NCBI GenBank assembly: GCA_044426515.1
Contig: JAUGSS010000062.1
Span: 5,523 to 69,522 of the forward strand
DNA length: 64,000 bases
Source: Methylococcaceae bacterium
GTDB lineage: Bacteria > Pseudomonadota > Gammaproteobacteria > Methylococcales > Methylomonadaceae
Reading direction: 5' to 3'
Shown here: one piece after another, positions 1-9,402 of the stretch
Position numbering within the stretch: the stretch's first letter is position 1
How the letters are laid out: each line of letters starts with the position of its first letter
Notes under the pieces: generated by a model
Seen by the model: only the letters and a program-made list of their open reading frames with translations
Told to the model about the DNA's origin: nothing
Databases searched by the model: none
Made by a program: the position numbers and the translations under genes

Positions 1-890
1 ACGACAGTAAAACCGAAACCGCGATGGAAGCCTCGAAAGCCGACATACCCAAAGGCGCGTTTATCGAATTGCCGATCCACGGTTACATCCTGATGTTTCA
101 TCTGGAACTGCATCACCATGTCTGGGTGCATGTCGACGACATGGAACCTTACCAATACAAGCCGGAATTGAAGCAAAAACTGATTTTGCCGCCGGAGCAG
201 ACCGACCTGATCGACATCCTGACCGCCGAAATGGATATGCTGATGGACGACATCGTCGCCGGAAAATCCGGCGGCACCACGGTACTGTGCGCGGGACCTG
301 CCGGTGTCGGCAAGACCCTGACCGCCGAAGTCTATTCGGAAATCATCAAACGTCCGTTGTATCGGGTACATTCCGGGCAATTAGGCCTGAACGTTGCGGA
401 AATGGAAAAGGTGCTGAAAGAAACGCTGATCCGCGCCCAACGCTGGGGCGCGGTCATGCTGATCGACGAGGCCGACGTTTACATCAAGCGCCGCAGCGAC
501 AACCTGGCTTCCAATGCCGTGGTCGGCGTGTTTTTGCGGGTACTGGAATATTTCAACGGCCTGCTGTTTTTAACCACCAACCGCGTCGACGACATCGACG
601 AAGCGATTATTTCCCGCTGCATCGCGATGATCAAATACCACGCCCCTCATAGCGCCGACCGCCGCAAGATATGGGGTGTAATGACCGAGCAGTTTGCATT
701 GCCGGTGGATCAAGCATTGATAGAGCAATTGGTTGAACTGTTCCCAACCGCTACCGGCCGCGACATCAAAGGCTTGACCAAGCTGGTGGCCAAGTTTTGC
801 CAGCAAAAGCAGCTGGAGCCCGGTTTGGAGGTGTTCAAGCGCTGTTCGGTGTTTCGGGGCCTGGAGTTGGCGGGCGCGGATGAGGATTGA
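1..890 (+). CDS. AAA+ ATPase (5'-truncated by window edge)
   Basis: Walker A GPAGVGKT, Walker B MLIDEAD, sensor-1 FLTTNR, arginine finger AIISR; the frame is open upstream of ATG 24 to the window start. Confidence 0.85.
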   Translation, partial: DSKTETAMEASKADIPKGAFIELPIHGYILMFHLELHHHVWVHVDDMEPYQYKPELKQKLILPPEQTDLIDILTAEMDMLMDDIVAGKSGGTTVLCAGPAGVGKTLTAEVYSEIIKRPLYRVHSGQLGLNVAEMEKVLKETLIRAQRWGAVMLIDEADVYIKRRSDNLASNAVVGVFLRVLEYFNGLLFLTTNRVDDIDEAIISRCIAMIKYHAPHSADRRKIWGVMTEQFALPVDQALIEQLVELFPTATGRDIKGLTKLVAKFCQQKQLEPGLEVFKRCSVFRGLELAGADED

Positions 891-892
891 TA

Positions 893-1354
893 ATGGCTAA
901 CGAACAGAAAAACGCCGACAGTATCGCTGAATTTTGCCGGTATATTACCGAACGCAAACCGGCGTTACAAAAACAATACGAGCGCTTACTTGCTCAAGAC
1001 CTGTCTAAGCAACAATGGGACGGCTGTTTTCAACGCAATGTGCTGACCGTTTTGGAACAGGCTTATAACGAGGCACTCGCTCATTTGAAAACCCTGCCGT
1101 TCGACAGTACCGCGACTTCAATCAATCGAGGCTTATCGGATTTAAGCAAACAAACGCTGGCGACTTTCGACGGATTCGTCGACGATTTTTTATTGTTTGT
1201 CGTCGATAAACATCGTACCTCCTGCGCTTTATCCAATTTTCCCGACGAACATAAACCGGACAAGGCTTACGTTAACGAAGTGAAGCGGGAAATCACCGGG
1301 CTTTGGCAAAACTTTGCCTTGAATGTTAATGACTATTTTCTGGAATGCCGGTAA
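893..1354 (+). CDS. hypothetical protein
   Basis: ~153-aa ORF directly after the ATPase; GAGGA RBS upstream of ATG 893; no recognisable motif. Confidence 0.65.
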   Translation: MANEQKNADSIAEFCRYITERKPALQKQYERLLAQDLSKQQWDGCFQRNVLTVLEQAYNEALAHLKTLPFDSTATSINRGLSDLSKQTLATFDGFVDDFLLFVVDKHRTSCALSNFPDEHKPDKAYVNEVKREITGLWQNFALNVNDYFLECR

Positions 1355-1384
1355 CGCGGTCCTTTTAAAACACAGGAAAAGCCA

Positions 1385-2005
1385 ATGAAATTGTATTTAA
1401 CGCCCGGCTCCTGCTCGACAGGCATCCATATTTTAATGGAAGAACTCGAATTGGTTTTCGAAGCGCATCTCGTCAACCTGTTGGCCGGAGACCAAAATAC
1501 GCCGGAATATCTTGCGCTGAATCCCAAAGCCACGATTCCGGCGCTGGTACGTAACGACGGCGGCGCATTGACCGAGTTTCAATCAATCGCCTATTGGTTG
1601 GCGCGAAGCTACCCCAAAGCCAAATTGCTGCCCGGCGACCCGGATGGCGACGCCCGCGTCATCGAACTGATGGATTACGTAGTCGGCACTGTTCATGGTC
1701 TAGGGTTTGCCAGGATTTTTACGACCGACCGGTTTGCGCTCAACGAAGCCGATTTTGAAACCGTGAAAGCCCAAGGGATGGACATCGTTAAGCGCGGCTT
1801 TGCTGTCATTAATAACGTTTTGCCGCCTCAAGGCTATGCCATGAACACTTTCAGCATCGCCGATGCCGCTTTGTTTTATGTTGAGTTTTGGGCAGACAAA
1901 ACCGGTATTTCGCTGCCGGAAAATTGCTTAAAACACTATCGCTTGATGCTTGAGCGTCCGGTGGTAAGGCGAGTCTTGATGGAAGAAGGCTATCGTTTGG
2001 ATTAA
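1385..2005 (+). CDS. glutathione S-transferase family protein
   Basis: MKLYLTPGSCS N-terminus, YLALNPKATIPAL and LTEFQSIAYWL (GST N-domain), FSIADAALF (C-domain). Confidence 0.9.
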   Translation: MKLYLTPGSCSTGIHILMEELELVFEAHLVNLLAGDQNTPEYLALNPKATIPALVRNDGGALTEFQSIAYWLARSYPKAKLLPGDPDGDARVIELMDYVVGTVHGLGFARIFTTDRFALNEADFETVKAQGMDIVKRGFAVINNVLPPQGYAMNTFSIADAALFYVEFWADKTGISLPENCLKHYRLMLERPVVRRVLMEEGYRLD

Positions 2006-2041
2006 CTCTCAGTCTTGTATCGTTTCCACGCTCCGGCATTT

Positions 2042-2091
2042 TTATTCACCACGAAGATACGAAGTTTATGTTCTTTTTTCGTGGTGAATAA
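2042..2091. repeat. palindromic CACCACGAAG...CTTCGTGGTG intergenic repeat
   Basis: TTATTCACCACGAAG...TTCGTGGTGAATAA inverted repeat; related copies at 6791, 7771, 16820. Confidence 0.8.
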
Positions 2092-2158
2092 TAGAACCGA
2101 TAACAGGCTATACTCTTTACCGGATATAGCCTTGTATAATCAAATAAAGGATGTAAAT

Positions 2159-2761
2159 ATGCAGCAAAAACCCGCAACAACCGGTGTAAAAATACACTAT
2201 ATTATCCAGGCGCGTTGGAGTCCCAGAGCGTTTGATCCTGACAGGCCGGTCAACCATGATGATTTGCTGGCGCTGCTGGAGGCTGCGCGCTGGGCGCCGT
2301 CTTGTTTTAATGACCAGCCTTGGCGTTTTGTGGTGTGCGATAAAGCCGCGGATGAAACCGGTTGGCAACATGCGTTTACAACGCTGGCCGAAAAAAACCG
2401 GCGCTGGGCCAAGAATGCTCCGGTGTTGATACTTTCCGCGGCAATGGAAAATTTCAATCATAACGGCCAAGCTAATCGTTGGGCGATGTATGACACCGGC
2501 GCCGCCAGCCTCAGCTTATGCTTGCAGGCTACTGCATTGGGATTGATTGTGCATCAGATGGGCGGCTTTGATGCCGAAAAAGCCCGAGAGGTTTTTAATC
2601 TTCCGGGCGATTGCAGGCCGATGGCAATGATGGCCGTCGGCTATCAGGCCGATGTTGAGTTGCTTGACGATGATTTTAAGGAAGCCGAATTGGGCGCACG
2701 CTCTCGGGCGGCATTGAATGAACAGTTTTATGCAGGCCAATGGGGCAGTGGAGTTGAATGA
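2159..2761 (+). CDS. nitroreductase family protein
   Basis: RWSPRAF, EAARWAPSCFNDQPWRF, HQMGGFD motifs; AAGGA RBS before ATG 2159 (the ORF-track start 2015 runs through a repeat). Confidence 0.9.
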   Translation: MQQKPATTGVKIHYIIQARWSPRAFDPDRPVNHDDLLALLEAARWAPSCFNDQPWRFVVCDKAADETGWQHAFTTLAEKNRRWAKNAPVLILSAAMENFNHNGQANRWAMYDTGAASLSLCLQATALGLIVHQMGGFDAEKAREVFNLPGDCRPMAMMAVGYQADVELLDDDFKEAELGARSRAALNEQFYAGQWGSGVE

Positions 2762-2926
2762 GTTGTTGAAGCAAAGCGCGTACGGCTCTGCAGAATAATG
2801 AGCTGCAATCGGCTAAAGAATCTTTAACCGATGCGCTCACTCGGTATAAAGCAATTAAACGGCTCTATGCGTCTAATCATTAAGAAAAAGGTGGATACGC
2901 CATCGGTAATCCGCTTTAAACGAAGC

Positions 2927-2973
2927 TGAAACTAAACCCTTATTCGGTGTTTTCGAGTAAGGGTTTTGTTTCA
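2927..2973. terminator. probable bidirectional intrinsic terminator
   Basis: TGAAACTAAACCCTTATTCG...CGAGTAAGGGTTTTGTTTCA stem-loop between convergent genes. Confidence 0.6.
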
Positions 2974-3020
2974 TGCGGTATAACGGCACTTCGAGTGAAA
3001 GCGAGGTTAAAAATCCTGAT

Positions 3021-4097
3021 CTAGCTTAGATTTATCAGCGCAATCAAGTAATCTTCGTCAACCGGCTTATTTAGGCAGTAATCGAATCCGGCGCCAAGTG
3101 CTTCGGTTATTTTATAGTCATCGGTATAAGCGCTAATGGCGGCAACTTTTAACGGGTTATATTGCTGTCTTAAGATTCTGATCATCTCCAGCCCCGACAT
3201 TACCGGCATGCTAAGATCGATAAATGCCATTTTATACTGATTTTTGTTGATGAATTTCAGGGCCTCGGCGCCGTCAACGGCGGAGTCAACGGTATAGCCG
3301 TTCAGCTCAAGCATGTTAGCCAGTAACAAGCGGTTTATTTCATTATCATCGGCAATTAAGATACGGTTGCTGGTGTTTGTTTCAAGGCGTTCGGACGGAA
3401 ACGGCTGCTGATGGTGGGCGCAATGCTCTATAGCCCGTTTTATCTGAATAATCGACCATTTATTCAATTGCGCTGTCCGGTTATGCTCTTGGCATAAGGC
3501 GCCCCTAAAACCAAGATAATCCGGATGGTAAGGCATCAGTTCAACTACGTCTTCCAGTCTAAGCGAACCGGCCAGTCCGCAGATCAATTGCCGGCCTTTG
3601 ACCTGTTTGACAAATTGCTCGATGTCGGTCTTTGCCATGATCTGAGTTAAGGAGCCGTTGTTTTTGTTTAGGGTATCGAGCATTATGCCTTTAAAACCGG
3701 CCTCTTTTAGTGCGGCTATAACGGCAAAATCCGGCTGGGCATCGGCGAATAATACCGCGATCAAGGCTATGTTTTGTTGTGCTAATGCGGCTAGTTTTCC
3801 TATAGTTCCCTGCCAATCGGCGCCGGGAAAAAAGCCGATTTTGATATAATCGACACCGGTTTCGGCCATCGTTTTAGCGGCCTGATAAACAATCCCCGGT
3901 TGCATCGGCAGATCGCCAACGGTGGCGCTGATGGGACAGCGCCGGTCAATTCCCACAACAATGTTTTTAACCACATCGGTTTTCAGCGCTCCCAAAGCGC
4001 CTAAAGCCGGTTGTTTCAGGTCAATAATGTCGACATTTGCACTTAACGCCTGCAAGGCTTCTTCTATGCTGTTAACGCTGGCAAGCATTCCGGTCAT
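3021..4097 (-). CDS. mfnB: (5-formylfuran-3-yl)methyl phosphate synthase (MfnB/Orf22, DUF556) fused to a C-terminal response-regulator receiver domain
   Basis: N-terminal MLASV..EEA..DIIDLKQP..GALGA, ISATVGD, DYIKIG, IMLDT..K, GLAGSL, DYLGFRGALC; C-terminal RILIADD...FIDLSMPVMSG...ISA...NKPV receiver. Confidence 0.85.
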   Translation of the reverse strand: MTGMLASVNSIEEALQALSANVDIIDLKQPALGALGALKTDVVKNIVVGIDRRCPISATVGDLPMQPGIVYQAAKTMAETGVDYIKIGFFPGADWQGTIGKLAALAQQNIALIAVLFADAQPDFAVIAALKEAGFKGIMLDTLNKNNGSLTQIMAKTDIEQFVKQVKGRQLICGLAGSLRLEDVVELMPYHPDYLGFRGALCQEHNRTAQLNKWSIIQIKRAIEHCAHHQQPFPSERLETNTSNRILIADDNEINRLLLANMLELNGYTVDSAVDGAEALKFINKNQYKMAFIDLSMPVMSGLEMIRILRQQYNPLKVAAISAYTDDYKITEALGAGFDYCLNKPVDEDYLIALINLS

Positions 4098-4675
4098 GCG
4101 CTGATCTCTGTTTTGTAGTTTTCAATGACGGCCATCAACCAACCCCAGGCTTCCAGTTCCCTGTCGCCGGCTGTTTTTTCCAGACCGATACGTAGATAGT
4201 CGATTTCCGCTTCTATTCTTTCCAGCGGAATCATGTTTAAGCGGCTGATTAAAATCGCCGCTTCCAGCACCGAATATTGGGCGCGGTTAAAACCTGTAAA
4301 GGGTGCATGATTAACGCTATGCACGGCTTTGCAGAACAATTTTGGCCGGATCTCGTCATCTTCTATATGCACGAGTTCAACTTCAGTATGGGCCAATGCA
4401 CAGTTTAGCACTTGGCCGCTGATTTTTTCCGCAGGTTTTAACGGCCAGTTGCGTCGTCCGGTCAGGCAACCGGCAAAAACCCGTACATCGGCGCAATAAT
4501 TCAGCACCGCGGTTTTGCTTTCGAGCAGGTTATTGAGCGTTGTTGACGGGCGGAACGGCAGGATGATGAATTCATCCTCGGCGGTTTCTGCGTTAGGGTG
4601 GATATGAATGCCCATCGGCGCAATATGCGCTTTGCCTGAACTGTTTTGAGTGATGACTATGGTTTCTTGAATCAT
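4094..4675 (-). CDS. DUF447 family protein (H4MPT-biosynthesis cluster, FMN split-barrel-like)
   Basis: MIQETIVIT...HIAPMG, PFRPSTTLNNL, GFNRAQYSVLEAAILISRL; lies between orf20 and mfnB; start placed at ATG 4675. Confidence 0.8.
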   Translation of the reverse strand: MIQETIVITQNSSGKAHIAPMGIHIHPNAETAEDEFIILPFRPSTTLNNLLESKTAVLNYCADVRVFAGCLTGRRNWPLKPAEKISGQVLNCALAHTEVELVHIEDDEIRPKLFCKAVHSVNHAPFTGFNRAQYSVLEAAILISRLNMIPLERIEAEIDYLRIGLEKTAGDRELEAWGWLMAVIENYKTEISA

Positions 4676-4682
4676 TGCTGCT

Positions 4683-6119
4683 TTAGTATTTTTTAGCGCC
4701 TGGGAGGGTGGATGCTGCGGCTCGGTCGGGAACCGATGCGGCGAAAGTGCTTCCGGCCGGTTTAAAAGTGTGCAGGTCAACGGTAGATTCTGTGCTGTCG
4801 GTTGCACAGCCCCATTGCAATGCTTGATCCTGAGTATAACGTTTACCCAATTGCCAGGCTATTTCAGCGCGAGCCAGTTCAACGCCCAGATAAAAAGCGT
4901 GACCGCCGTCGTTTTCAACATGCAGTTTCGGGAATAGGTCGAACGGATCGGTGGCGCTGTGCAAGCCGTCACGGTTAAAAATATGCACACCTTCGGCGCT
5001 GATTTGAACGCGGAAACTGGGGTCTTTGATTTGTCCGGCCAATTCCTTGATTTCTTCCAGGCTGTAAGGAAAAGGCGAGGTTTCATGCAAAGCCATTAAA
5101 CCGGGATCGATATGCTTGGGCAGCATGTCATGCTGTTTTGCCGCAAACATGATGCGGCGGGCCAAATCGGCTTCTTTGACCGCTCGGCAGGCATGGCGGC
5201 TAACTTCGGTTGCCAATATGCTGTTGATGTTAAGTTCCGAACAAATGCCCAACAGCAGCGCATTCATGCCCAGAGTATCGGCATGGGTCAGTTCGGTGAT
5301 ATTGCCGACTCCCAGCATCATTTCGATATCGGGATGGTTTTTCCTGACTTCATGATAACGCACAATGGATTGAGTGAAGCCGAAGTGCAAGGGATCCAGA
5401 ATCGGATCGACGATAAAAGCGCGGTTTTTCGCCTGCATGGTTTTGATGGCTCGATCCAATGAAGCCAAGTCTTCATGCTTTTCCGGAATTAAAATCGGCG
5501 TTGCGGCCACTTCATTGGCGACCCACAGTGTGCTTTCGTGCAGGCTGAGCATGTAATCCGCGCCCGCTTTGCCGCCTCTGAGCAAGTCGTCCGCTTCCAG
5601 CGAATCGATGCTGACGCTAAAGCCTTCTTGTTTCAAGGTGCGAATGATGTCTTCCATATGCGGGAAATCGGTGCTTGGCAAGCAGCCGATGTCAATCACG
5701 TCAGCGCCGTTTTGTTGGTAGTAGTAGGCGCGTTTAACCACCTCTTCAACACTGACATTGGGGGCATCGACGATTTCGGCAAAGATTTTAACGCTGTAAC
5801 GGCTTAAGTCAGGCTTATGCGCGGCCTGACCAAAAAACATCGGCAAGTCTTTGAGTTCGTCCGGGCCGCGTTCAATCGGTAGACCTAAGTTTTTGGACAA
5901 GGCTTCCAAATCGCCTCGGCAGCGTCCGGGCACCAGTATGCGGTCAGCGCCGAAAGTGTCGGTCAAACGGCGGCCTATCATATCTGCGGTCATTAATGCT
6001 GCGACTTTAAGCCCCAGTTGATGCACGGTATAGGTAAATTCCGGCTGCATTTTTTGCAGGATATTACGCAGCTGTTTTTCCGCCAGTTTACCGGTAAGAA
6101 AGAGGATATGTTCGCTCAT
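4683..6119 (-). CDS. dihydropteroate synthase-like pterin-binding protein (Orf20/DUF6513 type, H4MPT biosynthesis)
   Basis: ILFLTGKLAE, VAALMT, IFAEIVDAP, GADVIDIGC, GNITELTHADT, HAFYLGVELARA...YTQD. Confidence 0.85.
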   Translation of the reverse strand: MSEHILFLTGKLAEKQLRNILQKMQPEFTYTVHQLGLKVAALMTADMIGRRLTDTFGADRILVPGRCRGDLEALSKNLGLPIERGPDELKDLPMFFGQAAHKPDLSRYSVKIFAEIVDAPNVSVEEVVKRAYYYQQNGADVIDIGCLPSTDFPHMEDIIRTLKQEGFSVSIDSLEADDLLRGGKAGADYMLSLHESTLWVANEVAATPILIPEKHEDLASLDRAIKTMQAKNRAFIVDPILDPLHFGFTQSIVRYHEVRKNHPDIEMMLGVGNITELTHADTLGMNALLLGICSELNINSILATEVSRHACRAVKEADLARRIMFAAKQHDMLPKHIDPGLMALHETSPFPYSLEEIKELAGQIKDPSFRVQISAEGVHIFNRDGLHSATDPFDLFPKLHVENDGGHAFYLGVELARAEIAWQLGKRYTQDQALQWGCATDSTESTVDLHTFKPAGSTFAASVPDRAAASTLPGAKKY

Positions 6120-6664
6120 GTTAACGATTGCAGCCGTTCTTTAACTTTAATAATCAGTTCATCGACACTTTCAACCACGCTGGTGTATTCAAAAGTGCGC
6201 AGTTTGGCGGTGCCTTCCAAGTCTATTTTACGCGGATAAACCATGACTTTCCCGCCCGGCGCAGTGGTTTCCATCTCCGGCGCTATGTCGCAAGGGTAGA
6301 CAATGCTGGGAACCTTGCATTTTCCGGCCTGGGAATAAAGATTGGTCACCAAAGAATCGGCAATACCCAGTACGCATTTGGCAACGGTATTCGAGGTGGT
6401 CGGCGCCATTACAAAGGTATGGTAGTAACCTTTATAAAAATGCCCGACCGGCGGCGCTGAAGCGGCTTTGTCGCGGTATACCGGCATTTTTTTGCGAAGG
6501 TCGTCAAGATGAATGCCGTACATCAGCAACACTTCTTCTCCGGCCTGACTCAGGTATAAATCAACATTATCCAGGGTTAGCAGGAAGTCCAGGCATTCTT
6601 CTATATAATGACCGGAGCCGGTAATGGCCCAGGCTAACCGTGCCTTATCTATTAAATTTTCCAT
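6116..6664 (-). CDS. afpA: AfpA/DmrB-type flavoprotein (dihydromethanopterin reductase candidate)
   Basis: LAWAITGSGH, APTTSNTVAKCVLGIADSLVTN (HFCD flavoprotein); first gene of the H4MPT operon. Confidence 0.75.
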   Translation of the reverse strand: MENLIDKARLAWAITGSGHYIEECLDFLLTLDNVDLYLSQAGEEVLLMYGIHLDDLRKKMPVYRDKAASAPPVGHFYKGYYHTFVMAPTTSNTVAKCVLGIADSLVTNLYSQAGKCKVPSIVYPCDIAPEMETTAPGGKVMVYPRKIDLEGTAKLRTFEYTSVVESVDELIIKVKERLQSLT

Positions 6665-6790
6665 TAAATTAAATCAGGGTCGAAAGCATTTGGCTATTAT
6701 ACATGAATCAATACACCGATTTCTCGTACCGGAGCTTTTTGGGATGCATTACCCCGGACGGCGCATAATTATGGATATTTGATAAAGCTT

Positions 6791-6843
6791 TTATTCACCA
6801 CGAAGAAATAAACCTTCATGTTTTTCGTGTCTTCGTGGTGATA
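6791..6843. repeat. palindromic CACCACGAAG repeat copy
   Basis: TTATTCACCACGAAG...CTTCGTGGTGATA. Confidence 0.75.
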
Positions 6844-6892
6844 TTCTTTTAAGTTTTTGTAGATTCACCTGTTATTAATGAGACGTTACTAA

Positions 6893-7765
6893 ATGTTCAA
6901 TCAACCTAAGCGCTGCGCCAGTTCCCGACTGGTTTGCGGCATACACACCCTCCTTGGCGATAAACCGCTGATTATGGGGATCTTGAATGTTACGCCGGAT
7001 AGTTTTTCCGATGGCGGCAAATATTCGGGCCTTGATGCCGCGATGCTGCAAGTTAAACTGATGTTGTCCGAAGGCGTCGATATTATTGACATAGGCGGCG
7101 AATCAACCCGTCCCGGATCGGAGCCGGTGGCGGCCGGCGAGCAGATCCGGCGGGTAGTTCCGGTGATTGCAGCCGTCAGGCGACAACTGTCCGGCGATAT
7201 TTTAATCAGTATCGATACGACTTTGAGCGAGGTCGCCAAAGCGGCGCTGGATGCCGGGGCCGATATTATCAACGATATTTCCGGGGGCAGGGCGGATGCA
7301 GTGATCCTGACGCTGGCCGCTCAAACCGGTGTGCCGATTATTTTAATGCATAGTCAGGAAACGCCGAAAACCATGCAGGATAATCCGTATTATGAAAATG
7401 TCGTGCAGGAAGTATTGGATGCCTTAAAGGCAAGCATCAATGCGGCATTAAAGGCGGGGATCAAAAAAGAAAATATTGCGATTGATCCGGGCATAGGTTT
7501 CGCTAAGCGCAAGCAGGATAATATCGATTTGCTGGCCCATCTTGATGCGTTGGTGGCAACGGGATTTCCGGTGTTGTTGGGCACCAGCCGCAAGCGCTTT
7601 ATGGGAACTATCTGTGATGTGACTGAATCTTCGGAACTGGTTACCGCCACCGCGGTGACCACGGCTTTAGGCGTTATGGCGGGCGTACAGATGTTCCGGG
7701 TGCATGATGTCAAGGAAAACCGGCAGGCGGTCGACGTGGCTTGGGCGATTAAACAGAGCAGGTAG
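6893..7765 (+). CDS. folP: dihydropteroate synthase
   Basis: IMGILNVTPDSFSDGG, IDIGGESTRPG, IDPGIGF, GTSRKRF, FRVHDV. Confidence 0.95.
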   Translation: MFNQPKRCASSRLVCGIHTLLGDKPLIMGILNVTPDSFSDGGKYSGLDAAMLQVKLMLSEGVDIIDIGGESTRPGSEPVAAGEQIRRVVPVIAAVRRQLSGDILISIDTTLSEVAKAALDAGADIINDISGGRADAVILTLAAQTGVPIILMHSQETPKTMQDNPYYENVVQEVLDALKASINAALKAGIKKENIAIDPGIGFAKRKQDNIDLLAHLDALVATGFPVLLGTSRKRFMGTICDVTESSELVTATAVTTALGVMAGVQMFRVHDVKENRQAVDVAWAIKQSR

Positions 7766-7770
7766 GGCTT

Positions 7771-7820
7771 TTATTCACCACGAAGGCACGAAGAAAATAA
7801 AACTTCGTGCCTTCGTGGTG
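7771..7820. repeat. palindromic CACCACGAAG repeat copy (may act as terminator)
   Basis: CACCACGAAGGCACGAAG...CTTCGTGCCTTCGTGGTG perfect stem followed by a T-run. Confidence 0.8.
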
Positions 7821-7850
7821 GGGTTTTTAATCGAGCTTTTGTGAAGTTAC

Positions 7851-8114
7851 TTACCTATCGGGCTTATAGGTGTTTTGACTGCTTTTGTTTGCGCTGTCTG
7901 TTGCGTGAACCTCTGACGGAGCACGGTAATCGCCCTCAGATAAGTAGGTAAGAAACATTGGCAGTAATACCAGAATGGATAGAACCAGTACTAAGCCGCC
8001 GATGAATAACAACAGCGTTTTAATATTGCCCACAACATTCTCTGCAACATCGTCTGAATCGGTTGAGGACAGCGGTTGATTGCTTTGGTTATCTTGTTGG
8101 TCTTGGATTGGCAT
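7851..8114 (-). CDS. small single-pass membrane protein
   Basis: 87 aa with one hydrophobic segment LLLFIGGLVLVLSILVLLPMFL; GGAGA RBS. Confidence 0.6.
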   Translation of the reverse strand: MPIQDQQDNQSNQPLSSTDSDDVAENVVGNIKTLLLFIGGLVLVLSILVLLPMFLTYLSEGDYRAPSEVHATDSANKSSQNTYKPDR

Positions 8115-8406
8115 GATAATCTCCCGGTAACTGATTGAAAGAAAAATGGAATTACCGGCTCATATTGGAAGCCGGCAACGGGTCATGCTAGTCTCATCAT
8201 TAATTTCCTGCAACTTTATCGCGCAGTATCGATACCTTCATAAAACAACAAGTTAAAACCGCTGTGAGGCTTCATAATCCTGTCAAAGAGATAATCCATC
8301 CTGTACACAGTAGCCATTTCATTAGAGGGCTGCGAGATAGGTGCTCCTTCGCACCTCAAAAACAGTCGGTTGTTGCATGGATATTCTATGTGATACTGTA
8401 TACGGT

Positions 8407-8820
8407 ATGAATGAAATCATCATGGATACCAATATTCTATTCTCCGGATTATATTCGGCAAGCGGCGCATCCTTTAAAATATTGGAGCATCTTGAGGCGG
8501 GACGTATTCAGCTGGCATTATCTACGCCTTTATTGTTTGAATATGAAGATGCCCTCAAACGCAATCAGGCGAAGTCGAATTTGTTGGATGAGGACATAGA
8601 CGTTGTTTTAGACAACCTTTGTGCTTTTAGCCGGTTCCAGAAAGTCTATTTTTTATGGCGGCCTTATTTGCCTGACGCCAAGGATGATTTAGTGCTGGAA
8701 TTAGCCGTGGCTGCCAAAGTTAAAACCATCGTTACCCACAATTTAAAAGATTTTGTTGGTGCCGATAAATTTGGTGTTGAAGCCATTGCCCCTAAAACTT
8801 TATTGGAGCGTTTGTTATGA
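8407..8820 (+). CDS. PIN-domain toxin (putative TA system)
   Basis: IIMDTNILFSGL, LFEYEDAL, DAKDDLVLELA, IVTHNLKDF (PIN acidic residues). Confidence 0.85.
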   Translation: MNEIIMDTNILFSGLYSASGASFKILEHLEAGRIQLALSTPLLFEYEDALKRNQAKSNLLDEDIDVVLDNLCAFSRFQKVYFLWRPYLPDAKDDLVLELAVAAKVKTIVTHNLKDFVGADKFGVEAIAPKTLLERLL

Positions 8821-9053
8821 GTGCGTTAAGTCTGCGTTTACCGGATTCTGTTCACCGGCATATTAAAGAGCTGGCCCAGCAGGAAGGGGTATCCATCAAT
8901 CAGTTTATCTCCAGTGCGGTTGCCGAAAAGGTCTCGGCCATAGCAACGGAGGATTATTTGCAGCAGCGTGCGCAACGGGCCGATAAACAGGCTTTTCAAC
9001 GCTTGTTGGCTAAGGTTCCAAACCGTGAAGTGATTTCGGGCGACGAGTTGTAA
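8817..9053 (+). CDS. ribbon-helix-helix/HicB-like antitoxin
   Basis: MSALSLRLPDSVH..IKELAQQEGVSINQFISSAVAEK; ATGA overlap with the PIN gene. Confidence 0.85.
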   Translation: MSALSLRLPDSVHRHIKELAQQEGVSINQFISSAVAEKVSAIATEDYLQQRAQRADKQAFQRLLAKVPNREVISGDEL

Positions 9054-9073
9054 TCAAATACCAAGGTGAAGTT

Positions 9074-9284
9074 ATGCAATCATTAAAAATCAAGGCGGAA
9101 GTCAGGCAAGATCACACGATGACCGCACATTTACCGGAAAATATTGCTGTCGGCGAACATGAGTTTATCCTTCATTTATAATGGTAGTGCTCCGAACAAG
9201 CCCGTTGATTCAATGCAATACAGCGGCACTATCGATTGGCCTGAAGATGGGTTGGCCTATCAGCAAAAGATCAGAAGCGAATAG
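9074..9284 (+). pseudogene. frameshifted antitoxin-like small gene remnant
   Basis: MQSLKIKAEVRQDHTMTAHLPENIAVGEHEFILHL* continues in the +1 frame as ...MQYSGTIDWPEDGLAYQQKIRSE*; the DGLAYQ..IR.EW tail is typical of PIN-linked antitoxins. Confidence 0.5.
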
Positions 9285-9402
9285 GGGATAGCCAAATAGT
9301 CTGGAATAAGACTACCCAAGCACAGCGCAGGGCGGACGTTTCCGGCAAATTCGCTATACCGCGCTATGCGATATTTTTAAAGTTAGATCCAAGAGGTAGG
9401 CG

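Noticed and set aside
2758-2883. Possible gene remnant (ARTALQNNELQSAKESLTDALTRYK...) after the nitroreductase
   Set aside because: Short, with no usable start and no recognisable family.
4683-4750. Possible small palindromic insertion extending the Orf20 C-terminus
   Set aside because: Only a short hairpin and no target duplication; cannot be distinguished from ordinary tail variation without an alignment.
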